Assembly: GCF_018977255.1 (NCBI RefSeq)
Contig: NW_024704742.1
Location: 113,710,001-113,774,000, forward strand
Direction: 5' to 3'
Length of the DNA: 64,000 bases
Origin: Callorhinchus milii
Lineage: Eukaryota
Positions within the stretch are counted from its first letter, which is position 1. Each line of letters starts with the position of its first letter. Shown piece after piece: positions 25,247 through 37,713 of the stretch. Under the pieces are notes generated by a model, which saw only the letters and a list, made by a program, of their open reading frames with translations, did no database searches and had not been told where the DNA came from. A program made the position numbers and the translations under genes.

Positions 25247-25391
25247 AAGATATTCTACAAGGTGGTTTGATGGTGTGTTTTTTTTGTTGGGGCAAAACAT
25301 TTACAGTCATAAATATTAAAACCACAGAAGACAACAACTGAATTAATTTATCACAGAAAATGTGTACAGTAGAAGCTACTTGAAAGCTTTT

Positions 25392-25685
25392 CAACAACAA
25401 CAACTTGGATTTATATAGTGCCCTCCACACCGAACGGAGTCTCAGAGCACTTCACAGTAACGGATCCCGGGACCGAGCCAGGGGGAGGGGGAGAAAGGTG
25501 ACCAAAGGCGCGATCGAAAAGAAAAGTCTTCAGCCAATACCTGAATATAGGAAGAGAGAGGGTGAGGCATTGGGAGTGAGGAAGGCAGTTCCACAGCCTC
25601 GGGACGTAGTGGCTGAAAGTACGGCCGCCGATGGTGGAGCGGAGGATTCGGGAGACAAGGAGAAGGCCAGACCTGGTGGAGCGCC
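25392..25685 (-). mobile_element. L2 3' fragment (family of 8626-8935)
   Basis: Colinear with the 8626 copy; encodes RSTIGGRTFSHYVPRLWN..LKTFLFDRAF. Confidence 0.88.
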
Positions 25686-26937
25686 TGCACACACCCTGAT
25701 AACTTTGATGGTTTGAAGCATGTCCGCAGTAAATCAACTTGCACCAGCCAGTTCCCCCACAAAAAGAAAAAACGCTGTCTTCCAGTCCAATGGGTCACTG
25801 TCACAAACCTTGTTAGATGTGCATAAACAAATCAGGATGTAATGTTGAAGGCGACTTAAATGCCTGTCGTTTTAGCGATAAAATGTAGTTGGTACAGAAG
25901 CAAGCAAACCGGCTGAGTGCGTGTGCAGTTAATGGGGCCCACAGTGCAATCATGGGTCTTTTCTGTTTTCCGCACATCTTAATTGACCGCGGTGCTTTAC
26001 AAAATGGAATTTCTAACCTTATGAGTGGCGAATGTACCAGGTGGCATGAAAGACTTACTGTAGTTAACATGAGGGAAAAGGCTGCCTTCAAAGCAAATTG
26101 GTGGTAGTGTGAAAAGGGACAGAGCTGCTGAAGAAGGGAAACAGCACAAAGGTGGAGTGGGAAGGGTGGTCTGGAAATAATGCAGAGAGGGAACAGAGAT
26201 TAAGAAAGAGGTGCGACAGGAGGGAGTGGGAAAAACAATTTGGAAACAGTATACAGAGGGCAGGGAGGCCAGAAAGAGCAGTGACAGGATGGAGTGGGAA
26301 GAATAAACTGGAAACAGAACGTACTAGGAACGGATGGTCAAGAAACCAGGGCTAGGGTGGAGTGCAAAGGACAATCTACAAACTGTGCAAAGGAAAATTC
26401 TTGCCCATCAGTACAGCGTCTGCAATAGTAACCAAGTTCTAGCACAAGTTCTAGGGAATTCGTTATTTGAATCCCTGAGGGCAAAGCTTGAGACATTTAG
26501 AAAATCATGTCAATCTATTATGACCTTAAAAACATATTAGTATATAATTCTCTAGTGTTTTTTTTAATGTAATTTACATTTAATAGTTATTTTATGAAAA
26601 GGAAAAAAATAGTACCCAGAGAACCTTATTTTTTAAAGCAATGTACTGCAGTGTGTTCTCAGCTATCTAGGGCATAATACTGTTTTTGTCCTTCTGTGTA
26701 CTGAACGAAATTTACGACTAGGAACAAAGTTTTCATACCCATGAACTGTGTGAATGAAACACTCATTCAACACGTCAACCACACAATGGGTTATAGTTAT
26801 CAACCAAACATAAACAAAATAAAATATTTATTCTGTCATACTACAGTTACTGTTAGAGATCAACATTTTTGTCATTATTCATGTAGTATTAATCTGCTCA
26901 GGAGATACAATCAACCGCCTGTTATTCACATAAGAAG

Positions 26938-27090
26938 TTAAACCAAGGACCTGTCTGCCTATTCAGGTGGACATTAAAAATCCCATGGTGCTACTCGAAA
27001 AGAAGTCTTTCTCTGGTGTCCTGCCGACAATGCCAGAGGGAAAGAAATAGTCATTCACTTCATGGCTATTTGTGGGACAAGACACTGCTG
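26938..27090 (+). mobile_element. DeuSINE central fragment
   Basis: ttaaaccaaggacctgtctgcctattcaggtggacattaaaaatcccatgg (Deu core). Confidence 0.75.
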
Positions 27091-27137
27091 TCCTATAGTT
27101 CTATATAGAAATATAGTTCAGAAGAATAAATTTACAT

Positions 27138-27482
27138 ACATCCTCCCCAGTCTAGCTCCCTGTTTGAAATAATTCCTCTGAACTATAACACTGAGGAAAA
27201 AAACACAATTCTACAGTGTTTTGTGAATGAGAACCATGCTCTGTGTAAATCCAAAATTGGATGTTATATATATTATAAGATTGTTATATAGCCAGGAGCA
27301 GCCATTTCCATGTAGAGACATTGTTATGAACCTTCAAGCACTTTGATAGCTCCTTTCAATAACTTTTCATTTTGATTGCTATTTTCTCCATAAATATAGA
27401 TTCATCCTCCGCAGTCTAGCTTCCTGTTTGGAATAATTCCTTTGAGCAATAATACTGAGGAAAAATTCCAAATGTCTACAGT
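27138..27482. repeat. Diverged direct duplication (~80 bp, offset 264)
   Basis: atcctcc(c/g)cagtctagct..ctgtttg.aataattcct..tga..ataa.actgaggaaaa at 27140 and 27404; 7 mismatches over the central 51 nt. Confidence 0.85.
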
Positions 27483-28009
27483 AATTTGTTTACCTAGTTT
27501 TCTCTTTTTTGCTCTTAATCATTTTGGCATCTTTTACTTTATTTTCATACATTTACAATGTTTCTTCTGAGTCATTCCGTAGATAGTTTAAAATACGTTG
27601 TTTGTTTTTCCTTCGTGTATACTTATACTTTTTGCCCATAAAATATACAGTCAATTCATTTTACAGTATATTCTGTGAAGCGATTTGAGACATCTCGAAG
27701 AGTAAAGTTCCACTGTCGCTAATGTGATAACATAATTGACAGAAAGGGACACACAAACAAAAATCACACCAGCCTGATAGTCTCACAGTGTGTGGTGGAC
27801 GTTTGCAAAAAACAGGACTCAGACACAACCTGTCAAGTAAATATGAATGGAAATTCATTCATGAAAGGTAGGTATTTCACCAGACAATCCAGTTCCTCTG
27901 ACTAGTTTTAGTGAACTTTCATATCTTAATTAAAACAGAATATTTCATCTGTTTTCCTAGAAAAATGAGTAACCCTGATATAAAAACAGCAAGCATTAAT
28001 TTACCAAAT

Positions 28010-29200
28010 GTGCAATTTGATCATTGCATATTTATCATAAAGGCCATTTGTCCCATCATGCCCGGTCTATGTATTCAATTCCTCTCCCAGCCCTTTATAT
28101 TTTGTACCTTTTTATATTTTCCTTTTCAAATATTTTCTAATTCCCTTTTAAAAGCAATTATAGGTTCTGCTTTGACCACAATATGGAATTGTAGGGAATT
28201 CCATGTCCTAACAAACCTCTGTGCATTAAATGACCCTCTCCGAACCTCTTCCTTTTGTTTTAGCAATGATCTTAAACTTATGCCCTTTAGTTACCAATTC
28301 GCTGAACAGTGGAACTAATTTCTCCCCATTTAGCTTTTGAAAACCATTGCTAATTGTGAACATCTCTGTCGATTGTCTCTCAACCTCTGGTATTCTAGTG
28401 GAAACAATCTGGTTTTCTGGTCTCTCCTCATAAGTAAAGCCTCTCATCCCTGTTATCCTTCTATTGGATCTCCTCTATACCCTCTCTATGGCCTTGACAT
28501 CCTTCTAAAAGTGGAATACCCAGAACTAGACACAATGTAGCCAAAACAATGATTTATAAAGGTGAAGCATTACCTAATTTATTTTCTATGCCTAAGATAT
28601 CAGTAGCTTTTTTTCCCACAGTTTTAGCAACTTGCCCTTCCACTCTTGTGTATGTTAAGGCTCTCTTTGCTCCATATTCGGTGGCATTTTCATCTCCATA
28701 TTCTTCCTCCCAAAATGTATCACCTCATACTTTGTTGTCTGCCATCTATCTCTGCTGTGCGTAAATTGGCTACCATGATCACCTACAAAATATAGACACT
28801 ACACGTTACAGAATATCCTGTGAAGCACTTTGAAACACTATCCCAACATGGAAGGTGCTAAATCAAATGCAAGGATTGTGATTATTTATCTGCCCAATTC
28901 CACTAATCAGTCTGAATCCTCCGGAAATAGTTTACAGCTCTTTTTGCAGTTAGCCAAACTATTATTGTGTGGTTTGAAAACTTTGATATTGTGTCCCTTC
29001 CCTACATGCAACTAAAGAAAGGAAACTATCACTGACCCATGGGAGACTCCACTACTTACATCCCTATAATGTAAAAACGTGCATTTACCCCTCTCTATTT
29101 CTATGCTTTGGCCAACTGTCCATTCATGTTACAATGTTCACTTTAATACCATGCACTTTCCAGTCCCAAATGGAATGCTCCACAAACTGAGTTGCTTATC
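28010..29200 (-). mobile_element. Degraded CR1 LINE 3' region (interrupted by a SINE tail at ~28800-28890)
   Basis: Minus-strand remnants MRGFTYEER, EKLVPL..VTKGHKFKII and a QFW-type motif (cccagaactagacac). Confidence 0.75.
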
Positions 29201-29206
29201 ATGTTA

Positions 29207-30408
29207 AAACAACAACAAATTGCACTTACATAGAGCAACCCCCACCCCATGCAGGGTAGCGTCTCAGAGCGCTTAACAGTGGCGGAGCCTAACTCTGAGC
29301 TGGTGGGATGGGTAGGTGGCCGTAAGCACGGTCGAAGAGGAAAGTTTTCAGGCGGGACTTGAAAAAGGGGAGAGGGGCAAGGCGGAGGGATTGAGGGAGA
29401 ATGTTCCAGAGTACTGGGACGTCGTGGCTGAAAGCATGACCTCTGATGGTAGGGCGGTGGGTGCGAGGGATGATCAGGAGGCCGGTGCCAGTTGAAGGAG
29501 GCGCTGGGTGCTGGATTGGGGAGTGAGGAGGGTGGAGAGGCAGGGAGGTGCCAGAGAGTGAATGGATTTGAACACGAGTGTGAGGATCTTGAAGTCGATC
29601 TGTTCGGTGATGAGAAGCCAGTGGAGTCTGGCCAGAACTGGTGAGATATGGGTACGGAGTTTGGTCCAGATCAAATATGTGGGCGGCAGAGTTTTGAATG
29701 AGCTGGATCTTGTGAATGGTGGAGCTGGGGAGACCGGCGAGGAGTGCGTTTGAGTAATCCAAGTGGGAGGTGACAAACAAATGCACGAGGATTTTGGCTG
29801 CATTTGTGGCAAAGTACGGTTGGAATCGGCTAATTTGGTGGAGGTGGAAGAAGGAGGTCCTAGTCAGGGACCGGATGTGGGGAAGGAAGGACAGTTGGGG
29901 GTCGAACCGCACACCTAGGTTGGCAATGGTTCGGTGAGTCTGAGGGAGAGCCCAGGGAGGTTGAGGAGTTTAGATCTGCAGGAGTGAAGCCATTGATGGG
30001 AGCCAAGGAGTATGGCTTCCGTCTTGTCCCTATTCAGCTGCAGGAAGTTTGCACTCATCCAGGCCCTGATGTCTGTCAGACAAGATGACAGAACATTGGC
30101 AGACCTGGAGTCGATGCTGGAGGAGACAAAGTAGATTTGTGTGTCATACGCATACATGTGGAAGTTTATCCCGTGTTTGCAGATGATCACCCAGAGGGAG
30201 TATATAGATAAGGAAAAGAAGAGGGCCAAGGATGGAGTCCTGCTGTACCCCGTAGGTGACCGGGTGGGGGCAGGAGGAGAAATCATTTGCTGAAATGAAA
30301 TGGAGGCGTTTGGTTAAGTAGGATTCGAACCATGCGAGGTGCGGTCCCACTAAAGTAGATGAAGGAGGAGAGCCGATGGAGGAGGATGGCCTGGTTGACT
30401 GTGTCTAA
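29207..30408 (-). mobile_element. L2 LINE fragment of another family
   Basis: HMYAYDTQIY, NFLQLNRDKTE, SHLDYSNALL and RLHWLL; distinct 3' end. Confidence 0.92.
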
Positions 30409-31261
30409 CAGAACAGAACAGACATACCCTCCCTGGAAGTTTTCACATCAGATTAGCAATGTGGATTTAGCTGTGCAATGATTGCTTAAAAGTGCAGTAA
30501 TTAGTACTTCAAGTCTGTTTTGTTTTGCTTATTTTAATTTTGATTTATTTCTTCCCTTCTTCAGTTTCCCCAAAACCCACATATCATTCTTCCCTGTCAG
30601 AGTTGGCAGATGGATAGTTTCCTTCCAAAGCTTATATTGAATTGATAGTAAGGAGTTATATGATAGCGACATGGGATGACTGATGCACCTTCTTATTTTC
30701 TGCCTCCCTTTAGCAGCACAGCTGATATGAGGAACTAGGCATATGGTAACTTGTGGGACTAAATACATGCTCTACCATTGGGATTCTGCAGTTGAAATTT
30801 ATATCAATCATTTTAAAAGATTAATGATTCAAGGTGTAGAGCAGCAGATTTCAAACTAGCTGAAATATGGTAGTCACACATCTCAACAGGGTTATAATAC
30901 ATAAACATTGTGCTAGAGTTAAAGAACTTGGCTTCAACCTGCAACACTACTGACATTTAATGCTGTTATTATACAGAGAGACAATTGTTCGTGAAAACAG
31001 CTGGCCTGGAAAACATTATAAGCTTTTATTTTTCTAATCAATTGCTCTATGTTCTTGAACATATGCATGTTTTCCTAAGTGATGCCATTGCTGTCTCAAG
31101 GGGAAACTGCACAGAGGAACCGTGGCGTCTAGCTGTGCACCACCAAACCAGTGCACAACAGTCATCATGACACCATGTGGGATTGACAGTCCCAACACAG
31201 TTGAGAAAGACCAGAGTGTACAGGATGTACAATGTGTTAAGAAGTAGGACACAGCATTACT

Positions 31262-31730
31262 GTGCTCACTTGGTGGTACACTCAGCGCTGAGTCAGAAGA
31301 TTATGGGTTCAAGATTTATGTTGGGACTTTGACCTCATAGTTTGGAATGACGCAGTAATGAGTGCTTCATTGTCAGTGGTGCTGTCCTTCAGAAGAGAAA
31401 TTAAACTGAAATTAAAAGTCCCATCTGCCTCATTCCCATTGCAAGGTGCAGTCTAACCAGAGGACTATAATAATAATAATCCTTGCATTTGATATAGCAC
31501 TTTTCACACCTTCTAGATGTCTCAAAGCGCTTCACAGAATATGCTGTAAAGTGAATTGACCGTATATTTATGGGTGAACCGTGGCAGCCAATTGAGCACA
31601 GCAGTGTCCCACAAACAGTCGTGGATTGAAAATTACCAATTTATTATTGTTTTGTTGAGATTATTATTAGGCGTGTGGAGTAAGGAAAGTTGCCCAAGGT
31701 TTCTACAGCCGAGTATGAAACCTGGGGATC
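31262..31730. mobile_element. DeuSINE 5' part (+, ~31262-31435) and CORE/Deu SINE (-, ~31467-31730)
   Basis: tgagtcagaagattatgggttcaag head; (TAA)n..gtaaggaaagttgcccaagg. Confidence 0.8.
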
Positions 31731-31789
31731 TAAACTAAAGTGATTTAGCAATATAGCCCAGCATCCAGTTTGCTTTCTTTATTGCTGCC

Positions 31790-31945
31790 TCTTACTGTTT
31801 TGGCATGGTGAGGGACGAGTCAGCTAACACCACTAGATCTCTTTCAGTTTCCCCCTTGGCAAATTTAATCCCGTCCGTGGAGTACTTGTGTTTCCAGTTC
31901 TTGGTTCCTTTGTATAGCACCTTGTATTTATCTGTATTAAACTTT
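31790..31945 (-). mobile_element. CR1 RT fragment
   Basis: KFNTDKYKVL..ERDLVVLADSSL, a typical CR1 ORF2 segment. Confidence 0.75.
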
Positions 31946-32458
31946 AAAGAGATCAGCATTATTTGGGGAGAAGAAAACTCATAGGTAGCCAGATTCACTG
32001 AAACCAAATTATATTTTTTCTAAACATATGCTAGGAGTGAGCAAGTAAGACTTAGACACATTTGAAGCTAGAGAATGAGCTGTTATGTCTAGCGGAGTGA
32101 CCATGGAAGGTCATGTACATTGCATGGAATATCTTGCAAAGAAGGAGTCGTTCAAAGAGGGAATCGCGCTCTTTAATGTGAGTGAAATATATGGTTAACC
32201 CTTAGTGATCCAGAGGTTTTATTATTGCTTGCTACTTTGATGAACAGCAAAGTAAATACCATGAAAGATCGAAGTATGTTACATATAAAACAGAACTTAA
32301 CTGCAAGGAAGAAAGGCGAAACCATAAAAAATGCAGTTATGTGCTCCAAAATGAAGTCCCCCTATCAGTCAAGGACATTGATATCTCTGTTTAATTTTCT
32401 TATAAACAATCAATCTTAAAGTGGCAACTGTAATTTATTTGTTTACAATTTATTTGTC

Positions 32459-32645
32459 CTCGCTCCCTCCCTTCCCTCCCCTCACCCTGACCATTTCCCC
32501 CCTCCTCGCTCCCTCCCTTCCCTCCCCTCACCCTGACCATTTCCCCCCTGCTCGGGTCATGACCCAACTGTGCAGCGCCTTGGGACGTCCTCCTGACGTG
32601 AAAGGCGCTTTATAAATGAAATCTTGTTGTTGTTGTTGTTGTTGT
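32459..32645 (+). mobile_element. L2 3'UTR-only insertion (two UTR units)
   Basis: Reverse complement of the 7255-7440 region; (TTG)n tail. Confidence 0.9.
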
Positions 32646-33121
32646 ATTTTTTAAGATCACACATCCCTTTCAATTCCTGTACACATAATGCTGCTAGTTG
32701 AAATGTATTTCATTGAACTGTCCAGCATGAATAACAGAAGTGCGAAAAGTATAATAAACGACTCGGGTTATGATCTAAATTGCATTTCAAATAGCAATGT
32801 AACAGGATTACTATTTTTCAGCTTAAAATGCTCCTCAGCAAAAGTCTGGTGCAATAGGGTGTAACTGTTACTACATTGTTCATGATTTCGAAAACAAAAA
32901 GGGGTCTGTACTCAATTCCAATTTTTCAAGAATTTAATGTTTCTTGCAGGTCCATATTATGTGTTTGTGATGAGAAGTCGCTGTATGCAGGACCTGGAAG
33001 TGTACTGAAGTTCCAGCAAACAGTGAAACAACAGTCAGTTCTCAGTACTCGATGGAATGAAGAAGTGATTATTCAGCTGAGGATTCAATAAGCTGTTCCA
33101 AGTTGATTTCAAAATCTAGTT

Positions 33122-33698
33122 GTCAGTTTGGCTCAATTTGTAACACTTGGTTTCTGGATCAGAAAATTGCGGGATTAAGCCTAATGATTTGAGCTTGTGA
33201 TGTGAGCTCATGGTGTAGGCTAACACTCCAGTGCAGCAGTGGGTGGGGGAGTACTGCATTGTTAGAGGTACCATATTTCAAATGAGACAATAAAATCCAG
33301 TTCCCTCTGCCTGTTCAAGTTTCCCCCAGTATTTTGACCAACAATCTTCTAGTTTTTCGTCTAATGGCTGCTTGGAGGTAACAAAATAATAATAATCCTT
33401 GCATTTTTTATAGCGCTTTTCAAGTCTTCTCAACGTCTCAAAGTACTTAACAGAATAGACTGTAAAGTGAATTGACCGTATATTTGTGGGCGAAACGCGG
33501 CAGCCAATTGTTCACAGCAGTGTTCCACAAACAGTCCTAGATTGAAAATGACCAATTTATTATTGTTTTGTTTTGGAGGGATTATTATTAGGCGTGTGGA
33601 GTAAGGAAACTTGCACAAGGTTTTGCCCTGCCTGGAATTGAACCCAGGTGTCTCGCTTGCAAGGTGAATGCTCTAACCACTGAGCTACAGGACTCCAC
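33122..33698. mobile_element. DeuSINE 5' part (+, ~33122-33345) and full short CORE/Deu SINE (-, 33385-33698)
   Basis: aggctaacactccagtgcag..tgcattgttagagg; SINE head cactgagctacaggactccac. Confidence 0.85.
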
Positions 33699-33950
33699 AC
33701 ACATGCTCACCCAGACAACACCCACACATACACACACACAGAAACACAAAGACACATAAACTGACATACACACTCAGACACAAACAAACGCGGACGCACA
33801 AACATACACACTCAAGACACACACACACACACACATATAAATACACATACACAAATGCACAAAGGCACAGACAGACATGTGTAGACACACTCAGACACAA
33901 CACACAAACAGATGCATACACACACACAATAACACAGATGCACACACACA
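33697..33950. repeat. Degenerate (CA)n tract
   Basis: Direct inspection. Confidence 0.9.
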
Positions 33951-36324
33951 AAAACAGTCACTAGATTTGACAGTAATTACTGTAGAAGGCTTTAAGTTGT
34001 TTTGGTGTGATAAGTTACTATAAAAATGCAAATTCTTTCTTCCCTCTTTAAAATTAACCCTTTACAATAGTTATTGTTTGCACACATGGCTGTCAACATT
34101 TTGTTATTTATTGTACTACTGATTCAAGGAACTTTACAAATACATGCTGAATATGGAGCAATAAAAGAGCAATAAGATTTGGGTCATTCCACAATGCTTT
34201 AGTAGAGGTAGATGTAGAGTGCTAATGGTGGAGATCTTAGAGCAGGTCAGCAGATTAAAAAATTTAAAAAGACAGCCTGGGAGTTAGTTTTTTAAACAGG
34301 CCACATATTTGTTGAGAGGTAGCATGTTGCCCCACACAGGGAGATGTTTCTTCTTGCAGCTAGAAGCAAGTCTTTGACTGAGAAGATCCTTTTGTCCTGC
34401 CATCTGCAAGCTTAAATACAAAATTCTCCGGATGACAGCAAAGCCAGTTGTGACTCTGGAATCCCTTCAGAATCTCCCATGGCTGGAGTGTGTGTGTGTT
34501 GTGTGTTTGCCGGCTATCATTCTTCAAGGTCAGTGGAATTCTCAGTAGTTTGTTTTAGAGATTCTTAAGCACAGAGGTGGATTACTGTATGTGATAGATA
34601 TCAGACTGATCAGAAAAAGGTCAGTTAGAGATTGGGCAGTTCAGAGTGGACAACAAAATTCACAAAGCCGTTGTGGCCATCGGGATTAGTCAATGGCTCT
34701 CCAACTAGTCTGGGTGGCACAACATGTTGTCCAATTGTCATACAAGCAGGGATTAATGTCTGCTATTCTGCTCCTGAATATTCCACAGCAGTTAAATACG
34801 GAGCCTCCTTTTCCAACTCTAGCAAAGGCAAGCAGCTTCTCCCTCTCAATAATTCCTGCCTCAGGCTGTCTCATTCACCACCGACAATTCCAGCATATCA
34901 AGTTTCAAATATTGTGTAGCATTTGGGTGTATATGTGAGAGGGTTGGCAGCTCTACATTAAATTTCTACCTGTACTTTACATTCTACATTCATTTCTAGT
35001 CTGCTAATGAAGAAGGGATTATTTGAAATGCATCACTCAAGTGATTCCATTTTAATAAAGTAACAAAACATATATCAAAAGTTTTGCAAAATGTGTAGAG
35101 CATGGGGTTAAATTCAGTCATTCAAAATGATCTTGGCTTTCCTAATTGGAAAGAAAATCTCTTCCTGTGTGAATAAGCATGAGATAATGCCTAGACACAG
35201 GCAAAATAGAACAGTTTTCCTTACAAGTCAACACAAATAGACTGCTTCACTTTCCGTTTTAATAGCCAACGATCTTTTTTGAATAAGCATGTTCTGGTTA
35301 CTCGTATTTATGTTCTATCCATAATTTACATTCCATAACTGTTTAGTGGAATAATTCACACATCCTGAGCTTGTACTTTTGTAAAATGAAAACAACTTTC
35401 ATCGGTGACATTTTGAAAAATTGTATTACGTGTGTTGAGATAGCTGTAACTATTCCACAGAGACTAGATAAAACCAATGACGTCTCTAATTACATGCTCC
35501 TATGAGATCACTTCAACATAAATTTCCTCTTCTACTACAACTTTGTACAGCTGATAAATTCCATTTATTGGACTCTGGTATCAGCCTCTTCAAGATGAAA
35601 GAGATTGGTAATAGGGAACAGAACAGGGTCATCCCTGCCCACTTACTGGCCAGGTACAACACAGGCCAGATGCAGCGTAAAAGGTTACTTTATTCTGACA
35701 GTTTTGAAACAAAATCTTCCAATACACCAATCCATTTTTTCTTCTTCCCAAATAGTCTGTCGTGTGGCACTGAATTTAAACTGTCAATTTCCAGACAGTG
35801 TTGTGCTTTGGATCCATGCCTTCTATGAAATATTTAAACTCATTTCACTAATCACCCCTGAAATGGCAAAAATATAACTTTCATTATGTCATTCTGGCTG
35901 TGAATCTCAACCACGTTCCTGAGGTGCAGTATGCTCGGTGATCAGTCATTCCTTTGAATTTTTTTTTAAAATCATTATATTTAGATCCTGTTTTCATAGA
36001 TTCTCTCTTCTGGTGCTGAAATTCTACCTATGGTGGTGAAGAGAAGTAATGTACCTATGACCAGATGTCAAATAACCAACTAGTTACTATGCTTCTTGGG
36101 GAGGGAGGTAAATGGGGTCTCCTTGGAGCTGAACTGGCTCCAAGGTGTTATGCTTTGTTATGGAATAATGCCACTTCTTGTAGCAGTCGCATTCCATCAG
36201 GTGGGTCTGCAGTGCTTCTGGGCACTGCTAATGACAGACCTACCAGCCTGATTCATCAATATGGGCAGACCAGTCACTGCCAGCAGAGAATTCCCTCTGA
36301 GTTCTTATTAACCTTCAAGTCTAT

Positions 36325-37277
36325 ACCCTTGGGTATAGCAAGTACCATTTCCAAGTTTGCGGACGACACAAAGTTAGGTGGAGTGATAAACAGTTAGAAA
36401 GATAGTAGCCAACTGCAGGAAGACATAGACAGAATGGTAAAACGGGCAGACACATGGCAGATGAGTTTCAATGTGGAGAAATGCGAGGTAATGCATTTTG
36501 GTAGAAAGAATGAGGGGAGGCAATATAGGATAGGTAATACAATCTTAAGGGGGTGAAAGAACAGAGTGACCTGGGGGTTCAGGTAAATGAATCCTTGAAG
36601 GTGGCAGGACAGGTAGATAAAGCTGTAAAAAGGGCATATGGGATTCTAGGCTTTATAAATAGGGGCATAGAGTGCAAGAGTCAGGAGGTTATGATTAACC
36701 TATATAAAACACTGGTTAGGCCTCAGTTAGAATACTGCGCCCAGTTCTGGGCACCACACTATAGGAAGGATATTAAGGCATTGGAAAGGGTGCAGAGGAG
36801 ATTTACGAGAATGGTACCAGGAATGAGGGACCTTGATTATGAGGAAAGGCTGGAGATGTTAGGATTATTCTCATTGGAATAGAGAAGGTTAAGAGGAGAC
36901 CTAATACAGGTCTTCAAAATCATGAGGGGATTTGATAGGTTAGAAAGTGAAAAACTGTTTCCACTGGTGGGTGTGTCGGTGACTCGAGGTCACAGATTTA
37001 AAATAGTCTCTAAAAGAAGCAGAGGGGAGATGAGAAGAATTTTTTCACGCAGTGAGTTATTCGAATCTGGAACACATTGCCTGAAAGGGTGGTCGAGGCA
37101 TATTTGATAACAACTTTTAAAAACGCGGTGGACGGATATTTGAGGACGGGTCTGCAGGGTTATGGGGAAAGGGCTGGGGAGTGGAATTGACATTACATTG
37201 CTCTTTTCAAAGAACCGGCACGGACTCGATGGGCCGAATGGCCTCTTTTTGTGCTGTACGATTCTATGATTCTATGA
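36325..37277 (+). mobile_element. CR1 LINE, 5'-truncated, with 3'UTR and (ATTCTATG)n tail
   Basis: ISKFADDTKLGG, LYKTLVRPQLEYCAQFWAPHY and TRGHRFKI; gatgggccgaatggcct hairpin and gattctatgattctatga end. Confidence 0.96.
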
Positions 37278-37389
37278 AGTCAAAGCCCTAAAAGGTAGGT
37301 AGAGCGGCCAGTTGGATAAGCTGCTGGAAACTTGCCAGAAGGTGCTTCCAATGGCAAGCTGTGCAGTTTTAACTGGTTAAACTCCAGTA

Positions 37390-37713
37390 GTGGAGTCCTG
37401 TAGCTCAGTGGTTAGAGCACTCGCTTTGCAGGTGAGAGATCTGAGTTCAATTCCAGGCAGAGGGCGAAACCTTGGGCAAGTTTCCTTACTCCACACAGAG
37501 CCTAATAATAATCCCTCCAAAACCAAAAACAATAATAAATTGGTCATATTCAATCTACGACTGTTTGTGGGACATTGCTGTGCGCAATTGGCTGCCGCGT
37601 TCGCCCACAAATATACAGTCAATTCACTTTACAGTGTGTTCTGTGAAGCGCTTTGGGACGTCCTCCCGACGTGAAAAGCGCTATATCAAATGCAAGGATT
37701 ATTATTATTATTA
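37390..37713 (+). mobile_element. CORE/Deu chimeric SINE, short subfamily, young full-length copy
   Basis: Intact A and B boxes, intact 3' stem-loop, (TTA)n tail; agtagt at 37386 and 37715 is a plausible target-site duplication. Confidence 0.94.
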
